Positions 21,873 through 35,919 of a DNA stretch of 64,000 bases are shown here, piece by piece. The DNA comes from Nemertoderma westbladi (taxonomy: Eukaryota; Animalia; Xenacoelomorpha), in assembly GCA_032718475.1 (NCBI GenBank), contig JAUCBJ010000970.1, positions 1 through 64,000 on the forward strand. Direction: 5' to 3'. Numbering within the stretch: the first letter of the stretch is position 1; the number at the start of each line of letters is the position of its first letter. The notes beneath the pieces were generated by a model. The model worked only from the letters and a program-made list of their open reading frames with translations, had not been told where the DNA came from and did no database searches. Position numbers and translations under genes: made by a program.

Positions 21873-23482
21873 GGCCAGTATTGGTTGACAGAAGGAGATA
21901 CGCAATGCGTATCCCATTGCGCCTCATAATAGCCTCTCGTCAACAAGTCAACCCCACCGACTAGCGGCACTGGCTGTTTCAGCTGACGGGGCTCTGTCGA
22001 AAAACGCGTCCCTGATGCAGTAAGGGCCCTCTTTTGAGGAGCAATATTATTATTGCCGCGGAACTGCTTCTACTCTAGGCCAGACCTAGCCAGAAGTAGA
22101 ATCCTCACCAACCATCAACACGAATAGATGAATCTGACACTTGCCCCAACACCCCCCCCCCCCCCCCCCCCCGCCCCAATGACGCAGAGGCAGACCAACA
22201 ACACACCTCTTCACCTCTACCGATGTCGGAGAGTAAAATACCACGCATTATAGAATACAGGATAAGTTTGATCCAAGCAATGCAACGAAACCTGTAAGTT
22301 AGAAAATGCATGGTCCCAATATTTGCAAAATAATTACAAAGTCCTACATTTATTTTGCATGAGATACTAACAACCCGTCACTAACCACAACAAACGTACT
22401 GTATAGTACAGTAGCCTGTCGTATTCGCCCAAATACGGCAGTATAACTCTGGGTTCAGAGAACGTGTACATATTGACAGGCGGCAATCCCCTGATACAGT
22501 ACCAAGCATGTGTTTGATATAAATATTAGATTTCTACTTCCATACAATTCTCATTGATTCCGCAGGTCAATGTTATAATTAAAACAGTCAATTTGATATA
22601 TTCTTCCGATTCCATAGGCGGCTTACACACCAACTCCCACCCTACAGCCCTATTTATCCCAATCCATCAATTTTTGTCACAGGTGTGGTCTGAGGATACT
22701 ACATTATACAAAATGAGTTTTCCATCCTGATAACTCTGTTTAATTTGACAATGTTTATAATAATAACTTCACCTCGATCCATATACCATAAGCATCAAAC
22801 AGTCTTGCAATGTAATAAATCTGCCCAATAACTCATTGAACCGGAAGGACGCCCCGGGCTGACAACATAAATCAAAGCTAAAGTAAACATTATCTCTCCT
22901 TCATAGACTTATGTCTTCAATATACTACCCAGAGACAGTCAGTCCCAGGCTATACAAAATTAGTTACCTCGGAGCCAGCAGCTGCTACAGAGTATTACAT
23001 AACACAAATCCATTTACTATAACATTGCCTTTCTTTCCATTTCTTTGTCACATTTTCTCAGTTACCCCCCCCCCCCCCCCCCCCCACACCCCACCCCACC
23101 CCTAAGCAGTCTCATCAAACCACCTGAATTATTGCAGGAGTTAAAAGTATCACATTGTCCTAATCCAAATCAACTTGAGATACAAAGAGCAACGTTTATT
23201 TATTTATTTTTCAGATACATCGCCAACACTTTCTTCTTTATGCTCATATTAAGTATACCGTAAAAACTCTTAACCCAGTGGCTCCCTACTGTAAGAAATG
23301 TACATACGCCAAATGTCAATATGTGCGCCGCCTCGTCGGATTCCGAGTGGCCCACACCCGCCCAGGTGTGCCCACTGCGGATCTTCCGTAGTAAACCAAT
23401 TTGGTCAGGTCAAATCCAAACATTCACTGGAGATCACCAAATGGGGCGCTATGTGAAGTACCGTGCAGACACGATGATGATG
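21873..23482 (+). mobile_element. 1.6-kb non-coding retroposon-like insertion in the satellite
   Basis: Interrupts the array with apparent TSD atggctcgagtc on both sides and ends in a (GAT)n tail. Its first ~350 bp recur inverted at 38076-38388. Confidence 0.7.
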
Positions 23483-26400
23483 ATGGCTCGAGTCAGCTGG
23501 TTTCCAATCTATTATTATTATAATGGCTCGAGTCAGCTGGTTTCCAATCTATTAATATTATAATGGCTCGAGTCAGCTGGTTTCCAATCTATTAATATTA
23601 TAATGGCTCGAGTCAGCTGGTTTCCAATCTATTAATATTCTAATGGCTCGAGTCAGCTGGTTTCCAATCTATTAATATTCTAATGGCTCGAGTCAGCTGG
23701 TTTCCAATCTATTAATATTCTAATGGCTCGAGTCAGCTGGTTTCCAATCTATTATTATTATAATGGCTCGAGTCAGCTGGTTTTCCATCTATTAATATTC
23801 TAATGGCTCGAGTCAGCTGGTTTCCAATCTATTAATATTCTAATGGCTCGAGTCAGCTGGTTTCCAATCTATTATTATTATAATGGCTCGAGTCAGCTGG
23901 TTTCCAATCTATTAATATTATAATGGCTCGAGTCAGCTGGTTTCCAATCTATTAATATTCTAATGGCTCGAGTCAGCTGGTTTCCAATCTATTAATATTC
24001 TAATGGCTCGAGTCAGCTGGTTTCCAATCTATTAATATTATAATGGCTCGAGTCAGCTGGTTTCCAATCTATTAATATTCTAATGACTCGAGTCAGCTGG
24101 TTTCCAATCTATTAATATTATAATGGCTCGAGTCAGCTGGTTTCCAATCTATTAATATTCGAATGACCCGAGTCAGCTGGTTTCCAATCTATTAATATTA
24201 TAATGGCTCGAGTCAGCTGGTTTCCAATCTATTAATATTCGAATGGCCCGAGTCAGCTGGTTTCCAATCTATTAATATTCTAATGGCTCCAGCCAGCTGG
24301 TTTCCAATCTATTAATATTATAATGTCTCGAGTCAGCTGGTTTCCAATCTATTATTATTATAATGGCTCGAGTCAGCTGGTTTCCAATCTATTAATATTA
24401 TAATGGCTCGAGTCAGCTGGTTTCCAATCTATTAATATTGTAATGGCTCGAGTCAGCTGGTTTCCAATCTATTAATATTCTAATTTCTCGAGTCAGCTGG
24501 TTTCCAATCTATTATTATTATAATGGCTCGAGTCAGCTGGTTTCCTATCTATTAATATTCTAATGGCTCGAGTCAGCTGGTTTCCAATCTATTATTATTA
24601 TAATGGCTCGAGTCAGCTGGTTTCCTATCTATTAATATTCTAATGGCTCGAGTCAGCTGGTTTCCAATCTATTAATATTCTAATGGCTCGAGTCAGCTGG
24701 TTTCCAATCTATTAATATTCTAATGGCTCGAGTCAGCTGGTTTCCAATCTATTATTATTATAATGGCTCGAGTCAGCTGGTTTTCCATCTATTAATATTC
24801 TAATGGCTCGAGTCAGCTGGTTTCCAATCTATTAATATTCTAATGGCTCGAGTCAGCTGGTTTCCAATCTATTATTATTATAATGGCTCGAGTCAGCTGG
24901 TTTCCAATCTATTAATATTATAATGGCTCGAGTCAGCTGGTTTCCAATCTATTAATATTCTAATGGCTCGAGTCAGCTGGTTTCCAATCTATTATTATTA
25001 TAATGGCTCGAGTCGGCTGGTTTTCTATATATTAATATTCTTATGGCTCGAGTCAGCTGGTTTCCAATCTATTAATATTATAATGGCTCGAGTCAGCTGG
25101 TTTCCAATCTATTAATATTATAATGGCTCGAGTCAGCTGGTTTCCAATCTATTAATATTATAATGGCTCGAGTCAGCTGGTTTCCAATCTATTAATATTC
25201 TAATGGCTCGAGTCAGCTGGTTTCCAATCTATTAATATTGTAATGGCTCGAGTCAGCTGGTTTCCAATCTATTAATATTCCAATGGTTCGAGTCAGCTGG
25301 TTTCCAATCTATTAATATTCTAATGGCTCGAGTCAGCTGGTTTCCAATCTATTAATATTGTAATGGCTCGAGTCAGCTGGTTTCCAATCTATTAATATTC
25401 CAATGGCTCGAGTCGGCTGGTTTTCTATATATTAATATTCTTATGGCTCGAGTCAGCTGGTTTCCAATCTATTATTATTATAATGGCTCGAGTCGGCTGG
25501 TTTCCTATCTATTAATATTCTAATGGCTCGAGCCAGCTGGTTTCCAATCTATTATTATTATAATGGCTCGAGTCGGCTGGTTTTCTATATATTAATATTC
25601 TTATGGCTCGAGTCAGCTGGTTTCCAATCTATTAATATTATAATGGCTCGAGTCAGCTGGTTTCCAATCTATTAATATTATAATGGCTCGAGTCAGCTGG
25701 TTTCCAATCTATTAATATTATAATGGCTCGAGTCAGCTGGTTTCCAATCTATTAATATTCTAATGGCTCGAGTCAGCTGGTTTCCAATCTATTAATATTC
25801 TAATGGCTCGAGTCAGCTGGTTTCCAATCTATTATTATTATAATGGCTCGAGTCGGCTGGTTTTCTATATATTAATATTCTTATGGCTCGAGTCAGCTGG
25901 TTTCCAATCTATTAATATTATAATGGCTCGAGTCAGCTGGTTTCCAATCTATTAATATTATAATGGCTCGAGTCAGCTGGTTTCCAATCTATTAATATTA
26001 TAATGGCTCGAGTCAGCTGGTTTCCAATCTATTAATATTATAATGGCTCGAGTCAGCTGGTTTCCAATCTATTAATATTCTAATGGCTCGAGTCAGCTGG
26101 TTTCCAATCTATTAATATTGTAATGGCTCGAGTCAGCTGGTTTCCAATCTATTAATATTCCAATGGCTCGAGTCGGCTGGTTTTCTATATATTAATATTC
26201 TTATGGCTCGAGTCAGCTGGTTTCCAATCTATTATTATTATAATGGCTCGAGTCGGCTGGTTTCCTATCTATTAATATTCTAATGGCTCGAGCCAGCTGG
26301 TTTCCAATCTATTATTATTATAATGGCTCGAGTCGGCTGGTTTTCTATATATTAATATTCTTATGGCTCGAGTCAGCTGGTTTCCAATCTATTAATATTA

Positions 26401-29400
26401 TAATGGCTCGAGTCAGCTGGTTTCCAATCTATTAATATTATAATGGCTCGAGTCAGCTGGTTTCCAATCTATTAATATTATAATGGCTCGAGTCAGCTGG
26501 TTTCCAATCTATTAATATTCTAATGGCTCGAGTCAGCTGGTTTCCAATCTATTAATATTGTAATGGCTCGAGTCAGCTGGTTTCCAATCTATTAATATTC
26601 CAATGGTTCGAGTCAGCTGGTTTCCAATCTATTAATATTATAATGGCTCGAGTCAGCTGGTTTCCAATCTATTAATATTCTAATGGCTCGAGTCAGCTGG
26701 TTTCTAATCTATTAATATTCTAATGGCTCGAGTCAGCTGGTTTCCAATCTATTATTATTATAATGGCTCGAGCCAGCTGGTTTCCAATCTATTATTATTA
26801 TAATGGCTCGAGTCGGCTGGTTTCCTATCTATTAATATTCTAATGGCTCGAGTCAGCTGGTTTCCAATCTATTAATATTCTAATGGCTCGAGTCAGCTGG
26901 TTTCCAATCTAATAATATTGTAATGGCTCGAGCCAGCTGGTTTCCAATCTATTATTATTATAATGGCTCGAGTCGGCTGGTTTCCTATCTATTAATATTC
27001 TAATGGCTCGAGTCAGCTGGTTTCCAATCTATTATTATTATAATGGCTCGAGTCAGCTGGTTTCCAATCTATTAATATTCTAATGGCTCGAGTTAGCTGG
27101 TTTCCAATCTATTAATATTCTAATGGCTCGAGTCGGCTGGTTTCCAATCTATTATTATTATAATGGCTCGAGTCAGCTGGTTTCCTATCTATTAATATTC
27201 TAATGGCTCGAGCCAGCTGGTTTCCAATCTATTATTATTATAATGGCTCGAGTCGGCTGGTTTCCTATCTAGTAATATTCTAATGGCTCGAGTCAGCTGG
27301 TTTCCAATCTATTAATATTCTAATGGCTCGAGTCAGCTGGTTTTCAATCTATTATTATTATAATGGCTAGAGTCAGCTGGTTTCCAATCTATTATTATTA
27401 TAATGGCTCGAGTCGGCTGGTTTCCAATCTATTAATATTCTAATGGCTCGAGCCAGCTGGTTTCCATTCTATTATTATTATAATGGCTCGAGTCGGCTGG
27501 TTTCCTATCTATTAATATTATAATGGGTCGAGTCAGCTGGTTTCCAATCTATTAATATTCTAATGGCTCGAGTCAGCTGGTTTCCAATCTAATAATATTG
27601 TAATGGCTCGAGTCAGCTGGTTTCCAATCTATTATTATTATAACGGCTCGAGTCGGCTGGTTTCCTATCTATTAATATTCTAATGGCTCGAGTCAGCTGG
27701 TTTCCTATCTATTATTGTTATAATGGCTCGAGTCGGCTGGTTTCCAATCTATTAATATTCTAATGGTTCGAGTCAGCTGGTTTCCAATCTATTATTATTA
27801 TAATGGCTCGAGTCAGCTGGTTTCCAATCTATTATTATTATAATGGCTCGAGTCGGCTGGTTTCCAATCTATTAAAATTCTAATGGCTCGAGCCAGCTGG
27901 TTTCCAATCTATTATTATTATAATGGCTCGAGTCGGCTGGTTTCCTATCTATTAATATTCTAATGGCTCGAGTCAGCTGGTTTCCAATCTATTATTATTA
28001 TAATGGCTCGAGTCGGCTGATTTCCTATCTATTAATATTCTAATGGCTCGAGCCAGCTGGTTTCCAATCTATTATTATTATAATGGCTCGAGTCGGCTGG
28101 TTTCCTATCTATTAATATTCTAATGGGTCGAGTCAGCTGGTTTCCAATCTATTAATATTCTAATGGCTCGAGCTTGCTGGTTTCCAATCTATTAATATTG
28201 TAATGGCTCGAGTCAGCTGGTTTCCAATCTATTATTATTATAATGGCTCGAGTCGGCTGGTTTCCTATCTATTAATATTCTAATGGCTCGAGTCAGCTGG
28301 TTTCCAATCTATTATTATTATAATGGCTCGAGTCAGCTGGTTTCCAATCTATTAATAGTGTAATGGCTCGAGTCAGCTGGTTTCCAATCTATTAATATTC
28401 TAATGGCTCGAGTCAGCTGGTTTCCAATCTATTAATATTCTAATGGCTCGAGTCAGCTGGTTTCAAATCTATTACTTGGTTCGATTCAGCTGGTTTCCTA
28501 TCTATTAATATTATAATGGCTCGAGTCAGCTGGTTTCCAATCTATTAATATTATAATGGCTCGAGTCAGCTGGTTTCCAATCTATTATTATTATAATGGC
28601 TCGAGTCAGCTGGTTTCCAATCTATTAATATTCTAATGGCTCCAGCCAGCTGGTTTCCAATCTATTAATATTATAATGTCTCGAGTCAGCTGGTTTCCAA
28701 TCTATTATTATTATAATGGCTCGAGTCAGCTGGTTTCCAATCTATTAATATTATAATGGCTCGAGTCAGCTGGTTTCCAATCTATTAATATTATAATGGC
28801 TCGAGTCAGCTGGTTTCCAATCTATTAATATTCTAATGGCTCGAGTCAGCTGGTTTCCAATCTATTAATATTCTAATGGCTCGAGTCAGCTGGTTTCCAA
28901 TCTATTAATATTCTAATGGCTCGAGTCAGCTGGTTTCCAATCTATTATTATTATAATGGCTCGAGTCAGCTGGTTTTCCATCTATTAATATTCTAATGGC
29001 TCGAGTCAGCTGGTTTCCAATCTATTAATATTCTAATGGCTCGAGTCAGCTGGTTTCCAATCTATTATTATTATAATGGCTCGAGTCAGCTGGTTTCCAA
29101 TCTATTAATATTATAATGGCTCGAGTCAGCTGGTTTCCAATCTATTAATATTCTAATGGCTCGAGTCAGCTGGTTTCCAATCTATTAATATTCTAATGGC
29201 TCGAGTCAGCTGGTTTCCAATCTATTAATATTATAATGGCTCGAGTCAGCTGGTTTCCAATCTATTAATATTCTAATGGCTCGAGTCAGCTGGTTTCCAA
29301 TCTATTAATATTATAATGGCTCGAGTCAGCTGGTTTCCAATCTATTAATATTCGAATGGCCCGAGTCAGCTGGTTTCCAATCTATTAATATTATAATGGC

Positions 29401-32400
29401 TCGAGTCAGCTGGTTTCCAATCTATTAATATTCGAATGGCCCGAGTCAGCTGGTTTCCAATCTATTAATATTCTAATGGCTCCAGCCAGCTGGTTTCCAA
29501 TCTATTAATATTATAATGTCTCGAGTCAGCTGGTTTCCAATCTATTATTATTATAATGGCTCGAGTCAGCTGGTTTCCAATCTATTAATATTATAATGGC
29601 TCGAGTCAGCTGGTTTCCAATCTATTAATATTGTAATGGCTCGAGTCAGCTGGTTTCCAATCTATTAATATTCTAATTTCTCGAGTCAGCTGGTTTCCAA
29701 TCTATTATTATTATAATGGCTCGAGTCGGCTGGTTTTCTATATATTAATATTCTTATGGCTCGAGTCAGCTGGTTTCCAATCTATTAATATTCCAATGGC
29801 TCGAGTCGGCTGGTTTTCTATATATTAATATTCTTATGGCTCGAGTCAGCTGGTTTCCAATCTATTATTATTATAATGGCTCGAGTCGGCTGGTTTCCTA
29901 TCTATTAATATTCTAATGGCTCGAGCCAGCTGGTTTCCAATCTATTATTATTATAATGGCTCGAGTCGGCTGGTTTTCTATATATTAATATTCTTATGGC
30001 TCGAGTCAGCTGGTTTCCAATCTATTAATATTATAATGGCTCGAGTCAGCTGGTTTCCAATCTATTAATATTATAATGGCTCGAGTCAGCTGGTTTCCAA
30101 TCTATTAATATTATAATGGCTCGAGTCAGCTGGTTTCCAATCTATTAATATTCTAATGGCTCGAGTCAGCTGGTTTCCAATCTATTAATATTCTAATGGC
30201 TCGAGTCAGCTGGTTTCCAATCTATTATTATTATAATGGCTCGAGTCGGCTGGTTTTCTATATATTAATATTCTTATGGCTCGAGTCAGCTGGTTTCCAA
30301 TCTATTAATATTATAATGGCTCGAGTCAGCTGGTTTCCAATCTATTAATATTATAATGGCTCGAGTCAGCTGGTTTCCAATCTATTAATATTATAATGGC
30401 TCGAGTCAGCTGGTTTCCAATCTATTAATATTATAATGGCTCGAGTCAGCTGGTTTCCAATCTATTAATATTCTAATGGCTCGAGTCAGCTGGTTTCCAA
30501 TCTATTAATATTGTAATGGCTCGAGTCAGCTGGTTTCCAATCTATTAATATTCCAATGGCTCGAGTCGGCTGGTTTTCTATATATTAATATTCTTATGGC
30601 TCGAGTCAGCTGGTTTCCAATCTATTATTATTATAATGGCTCGAGTCGGCTGGTTTCCTATCTATTAATATTCTAATGGCTCGAGCCAGCTGGTTTCCAA
30701 TCTATTATTATTATAATGGCTCGAGTCGGCTGGTTTTCTATATATTAATATTCTTATGGCTCGAGTCAGCTGGTTTCCAATCTATTAATATTATAATGGC
30801 TCGAGTCAGCTGGTTTCCAATCTATTAATATTATAATGGCTCGAGTCAGCTGGTTTCCAATCTATTAATATTATAATGGCTCGAGTCAGCTGGTTTCCAA
30901 TCTATTAATATTCTAATGGCTCGAGTCAGCTGGTTTCCAATCTATTAATATTGTAATGGCTCGAGTCAGCTGGTTTCCAATCTATTAATATTCCAATGGT
31001 TCGAGTCAGCTGGTTTCCAATCTATTAATATTATAATGGCTCGAGTCAGCTGGTTTCCAATCTATTAATATTCTAATGGCTCGAGTCAGCTGGTTTCCAA
31101 TCTATTAATATTCTAATGGCTCGAGTCAGCTGGTTTCCAATCCATTAATATTCTAATGGCTCGAGTCAGCTGGTTTCCAATCTATTAATATTCTAATGGC
31201 TCGAGTCAGCTGGTTTCCAATCCATTAATATTATAATGGCTCGAGTCAGCTGGTTTCCAATCTATTAATATTCTAATGGCTCGAGTCAGCTGGTTTCCAA
31301 TCTATTAATATTCTAATGGCTCGAGTCAGCTGGTTTCCAATCTATTAATATTCTAATGGCTCGAGTCAGCTGGTTTCTAATCTATTAATATTCTAATGGC
31401 TCGAGTCAGCTGGTTTCCAATCTATTATTATTATAATGGCTCGAGCCAGCTGGTTTCCAATCTATTATTATTATAATGGCTCGAGTCGGCTGGTTTCCTA
31501 TCTATTAATATTCTAATGGCTCGAGTCAGCTGGTTTCCAATCTATTAATATTCTAATGGCTCGAGTCAGCTGGTTTTCAATCTAATAATATTGTAATGGC
31601 TCGAGCCAGCTGGTTTCCAATCTATTATTATTATAATGGCTCGAGTCGGCTGGTTTCCAATCTATTAATATTCGAATGGCCCGAGTCAGCTGGTTTCCAA
31701 TCTATTAATATTCTAATGGCTCCAGCCAGCTGGTTTCCAATCTATTAATATTATAATGTCTCGAGTCAGCTGGTTTCCAATCTATTATTATTATAATGGC
31801 TCGAGTCAGCTGGTTTCCAATCTATTAATATTATAATGGCTCGAGTCAGCTGGTTTCCAATCTATTAATATTGTAATGGCTCGAGTCAGCTGGTTTCCAA
31901 TCTATTAATATTCTAATTTCTCGAGTCAGCTGGTTTCCAATCTATTATTATTATAATGGCTCGAGTCGGCTGGTTTTCTATATATTAATATTCTTATGGC
32001 TCGAGTCAGCTGGTTTCCAATCTATTAATATTCCAATGGCTCGAGTCGGCTGGTTTTCTATATATTAATATTCTTATGGCTCGAGTCAGCTGGTTTCCAA
32101 TCTATTATTATTATAATGGCTCGAGTCAGCTGGTTTTCCATCTATTAATATTCTAATGGCTCGAGTCAGCTGGTTTCCAATCTATTAATATTCTAATGGC
32201 TCGAGTCAGCTGGTTTCCAATCTATTATTATTATAATGGCTCGAGTCAGCTGGTTTCCAATCTATTAATATTATAATGGCTCGAGTCAGCTGGTTTCCAA
32301 TCTATTAATATTCTAATGGCTCGAGTCAGCTGGTTTCCAATCTATTAATATTCTAATGGCTCGAGTCAGCTGGTTTCCAATCTATTAATATTATAATGGC

Positions 32401-34730
32401 TCGAGTCAGCTGGTTTCCAATCTATTAATATTCTAATGGCTCGAGTCAGCTGGTTTCCAATCTATTAATATTATAATGGCTCGAGTCAGCTGGTTTCCAA
32501 TCTATTAATATTCGAATGGCCCGAGTCAGCTGGTTTCCAATCTATTAATATTATAATGGCTCGAGTCAGCTGGTTTCCAATCTATTAATATTCGAATGGC
32601 CCGAGTCAGCTGGTTTCCAATCTATTAATATTCTAATGGCTCCAGCCAGCTGGTTTCCAATCTATTAATATTATAATGTCTCGAGTCAGCTGGTTTCCAA
32701 TCTATTATTATTATAATGGCTCGAGTCAGCTGGTTTCCAATCTATTAATATTATAATGGCTCGAGTCAGCTGGTTTCCAATCTATTAATATTGTAATGGC
32801 TCGAGTCAGCTGGTTTCCAATCTATTAATATTCTAATTTCTCGAGTCAGCTGGTTTCCAATCTATTATTATTATAATGGCTCGAGTCAGCTGGTTTCCTA
32901 TCTATTAATATTCTAATGGCTCGAGTCAGCTGGTTTCCAATCTATTATTATTATAATGGCTCGAGTCAGCTGGTTTCCTATCTATTAATATTCTAATGGC
33001 TCGAGTCAGCTGGTTTCCAATCTATTAATATTCTAATGGCTCGATTCAGCTGGTTTCCAATCTATTAATATTCTAATGGCTCGAGTCAGCTGGTTTCCAA
33101 TCTATTATTATTATAATGGCTCGAGTCAGCTGGTTTTCCATCTATTAATATTCTAATGGCTCGAGTCAGCTGGTTTCCAATCTATTAATATTCTAATGGC
33201 TCGAGTCAGCTGGTTTCCAATCTATTATTATTATAATGGCTCGAGTCAGCTGGTTTCCAATCTATTAATATTATAATGGCTCGAGTCAGCTGGTTTCCAA
33301 TCTATTAATATTCTAATGGCTCGAGTCAGCTGGTTTCCAATCTATTAATATTCTAATGGCTCGAGTCAGCTGGTTTCCAATCTATTAATATTATAATGGC
33401 TCGAGTCAGCTGGTTTCCAATCTATTAATATTCTAATGGCTCGAGTCAGCTGGTTTCCAATCTATTAATATTATAATGGCTCGAGTCAGCTGGTTTCCAA
33501 TCTATTAATATTCTAATGGCTCGAGTCAGCTGGTTTCCAATCTATTAATATTCTAATGGCTCGAGTCAGCTGGTTTCCAATCTATTAATATTATAATGGC
33601 TCGAGTCAGCTGGTTTCCAATCTATTAATATTCTAATGGCTCGAGTCAGCTGGTTTCCAATCTATTAATATTATAATGGCTCGAGTCAGCTGGTTTCCAA
33701 TCTATTAATATTCTAATGGCTCGAGTCAGCTGGTTTCCAATCTATTAATATTATAATGGCTCGAGTCAGCTGGTTTCCAATCTATTAATATTCGAATGGC
33801 CCGAGTCAGCTGGTTTCCAATCTATTAATATTCTAATGGCTCAACTTAGCTGATTTACAATCTATTAATATTCGAATGGCCCGAGTCAGCTGGTTTCCAA
33901 TCTATTAATATTCTAATGGCTCCACTAGCTGGTTTCCAATCTATTAATATTCTAATGGCTCGAGTCAGCTGGTTTCCAATCTATTATTATTATAATGGCT
34001 CGAGTCAGCTGGTTTTCCATCTATTAATATTCTAATGGCCCGAGTCAGCTGGTTTCCAATCTATTAATATTATAATGGCTCGAGTCAGCTGGTTTCCAAT
34101 CTATTAATATTCTAATGGCTCAACTTAGCTGATTTACAATCTATTAATATTCTAATGGCTCGAGTCAGCTGGTTTCCAATCTATTAATATTCTAATGGCT
34201 CGAGTCAGCTGGTTTCCAATCTATTAATATTATAATGGCTCGAGTTAGCTGGTTTCCAATCTATTAATATTCTAATGGCTCGAGTTAGCTGGTTTCCAAT
34301 CTATTATTATTATAATGGCTCGAGTTAGCTGGTTTCCAATCTATTAATATTCTAATGGCTCGAGTCAGCTGGTTTCCAATCTATTATTATTATAATGGCT
34401 CGAGTTAGCTGGTTTCCAATCTATTAATATTCTAATGGCTCGAGTCAGCTGGTTTCCAATCTATTATTATTATAATGGCTCGAGTCAGCTGGTTTCCAAT
34501 CTATTATTATTATAATGGTTCGAGTCAGCTGGTTTCCAATCTATTATTATTATAATGGCTCGAGTCAGCTGGTTTCCAATCTATTAATATTCTAATGGCT
34601 CGAGTCAGCTGGTTTCCAATCTATTATTATTATAATGGCTCGAGTCGGCTGGTTTCCAATCTATTAATATTCTAATGGCTCGAGTCAGCTGGTTTCCAAT
34701 CTATTATTATAATATCTCGAGTCAGTTGGT
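23483..34730. repeat. 40-bp satellite array, right part (~280 copies) with higher-order block duplications
   Basis: Same unit as 18215-21872. Diagnostic variant runs (gaatggcccgag, ctccagccag, taatttctcgag) recur as blocks near 24200-24500, 29400-29700, 31680-31920 and 32520-32840. Confidence 0.98.
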
Positions 34731-35108
34731 TTGAAATTCAAACTATTATATAGGCTCGATTCATGTGAACGAAAACGTCTGATTTTTTGTTTGTACGTAG
34801 ATTTAACTAGTCTGAATCCGACCGAAAAAAAATTGCGAAAAAATGGGGTACTGGGGTTATTATTTTGCAGCAACAAAAAAACAAGTAGAGAACAATTTTC
34901 AAAAAAATTAAAGTTACAAATTCGGCTAATCGTTTTTCAATACCAGGTTTTCTGGGGTGCGGATTCCATTGGAAAATATTTAAATATGATCTTGTTACTA
35001 TAAATGACTGTTTTAGTCCTCTACGTAGGCAAAAAATGATAAAAACAAGTAACAAGCCCTTTTCAGTTTGAACACAACATTTTTAATTCACTTATACGTT
35101 GCTATAAA

Positions 35109-35919
35109 CAGGGACAGGATACGATACGATAAGAAAATACGATACGAACTAATTTTTCACGATACGATACGATACGAATGCAATTATGAGAAGATACGAT
35201 ACCATACGAAAAATCCAAGATACGATTTGAAATACGAAAAAGTTTTGTATTGTTTTCGTATCGTATTTTATCTAAGAGTTAATAAAATATGTGTATTTTG
35301 TATTACACTTAGAAAATCATATAAATCTCTATATAATAGTTAAAAAAAAATTTTTATTCAATGTTCCAATTCAGTATGCTTGCTTCAGCAATAGTGTGTC
35401 TCCTGGCAATAACATCCATTATCCATTAAAACTTCAATTCCAAAGTCAAACTAATACTAGAATAAAACTATGTTTTATTTCAAAACAAATGTTTTATTTA
35501 TTTTATTCTCTCACTAGAATTCCTTATCATAACATCAATGCCTTGTAGACCCTATTAGAGTTCTCCTACAAGTTTATTTAAACTGTAATTAGATTATATT
35601 TCTTTGGTCTTTCTATCATTGTTATACAGTTAATTACAATGTGATTAACAATCCTCCTCCTGTCTTACACATTTTATTGACATAATAAAACTGTAAGCTG
35701 TTACCTAATTTATACACAAATTTTTGAGAAAATAAATGTAATAAATGATCTCTGGTTTGACTGTTGAAAACATTAATATGTATAAAATAATAAGATACGA
35801 AAATACGAAAAATATTACAAAGTCAATTTTTATGATACGATACGAAATTCGATATGAATAATATATTGCAATACGAAATACGAATGTCCATTTTCGTGTC
35901 GTATCGTAGCCTGCCCTTG
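35109..35919. mobile_element. hAT-like MITE with GATAC-repeat subterminal motifs
   Basis: Imperfect TIR cagggacaggatacgatacga / tcgtatcgtagcctgcccttg; 8-bp TSD gctataaa (35101-35108, 35920-35927). Confidence 0.8.

Noticed and set aside
18215-34730. CRISPR-like regular repeats
   Set aside because: Units are directly tandem with no unique spacers, there are no cas genes, and the context is a eukaryotic intron.
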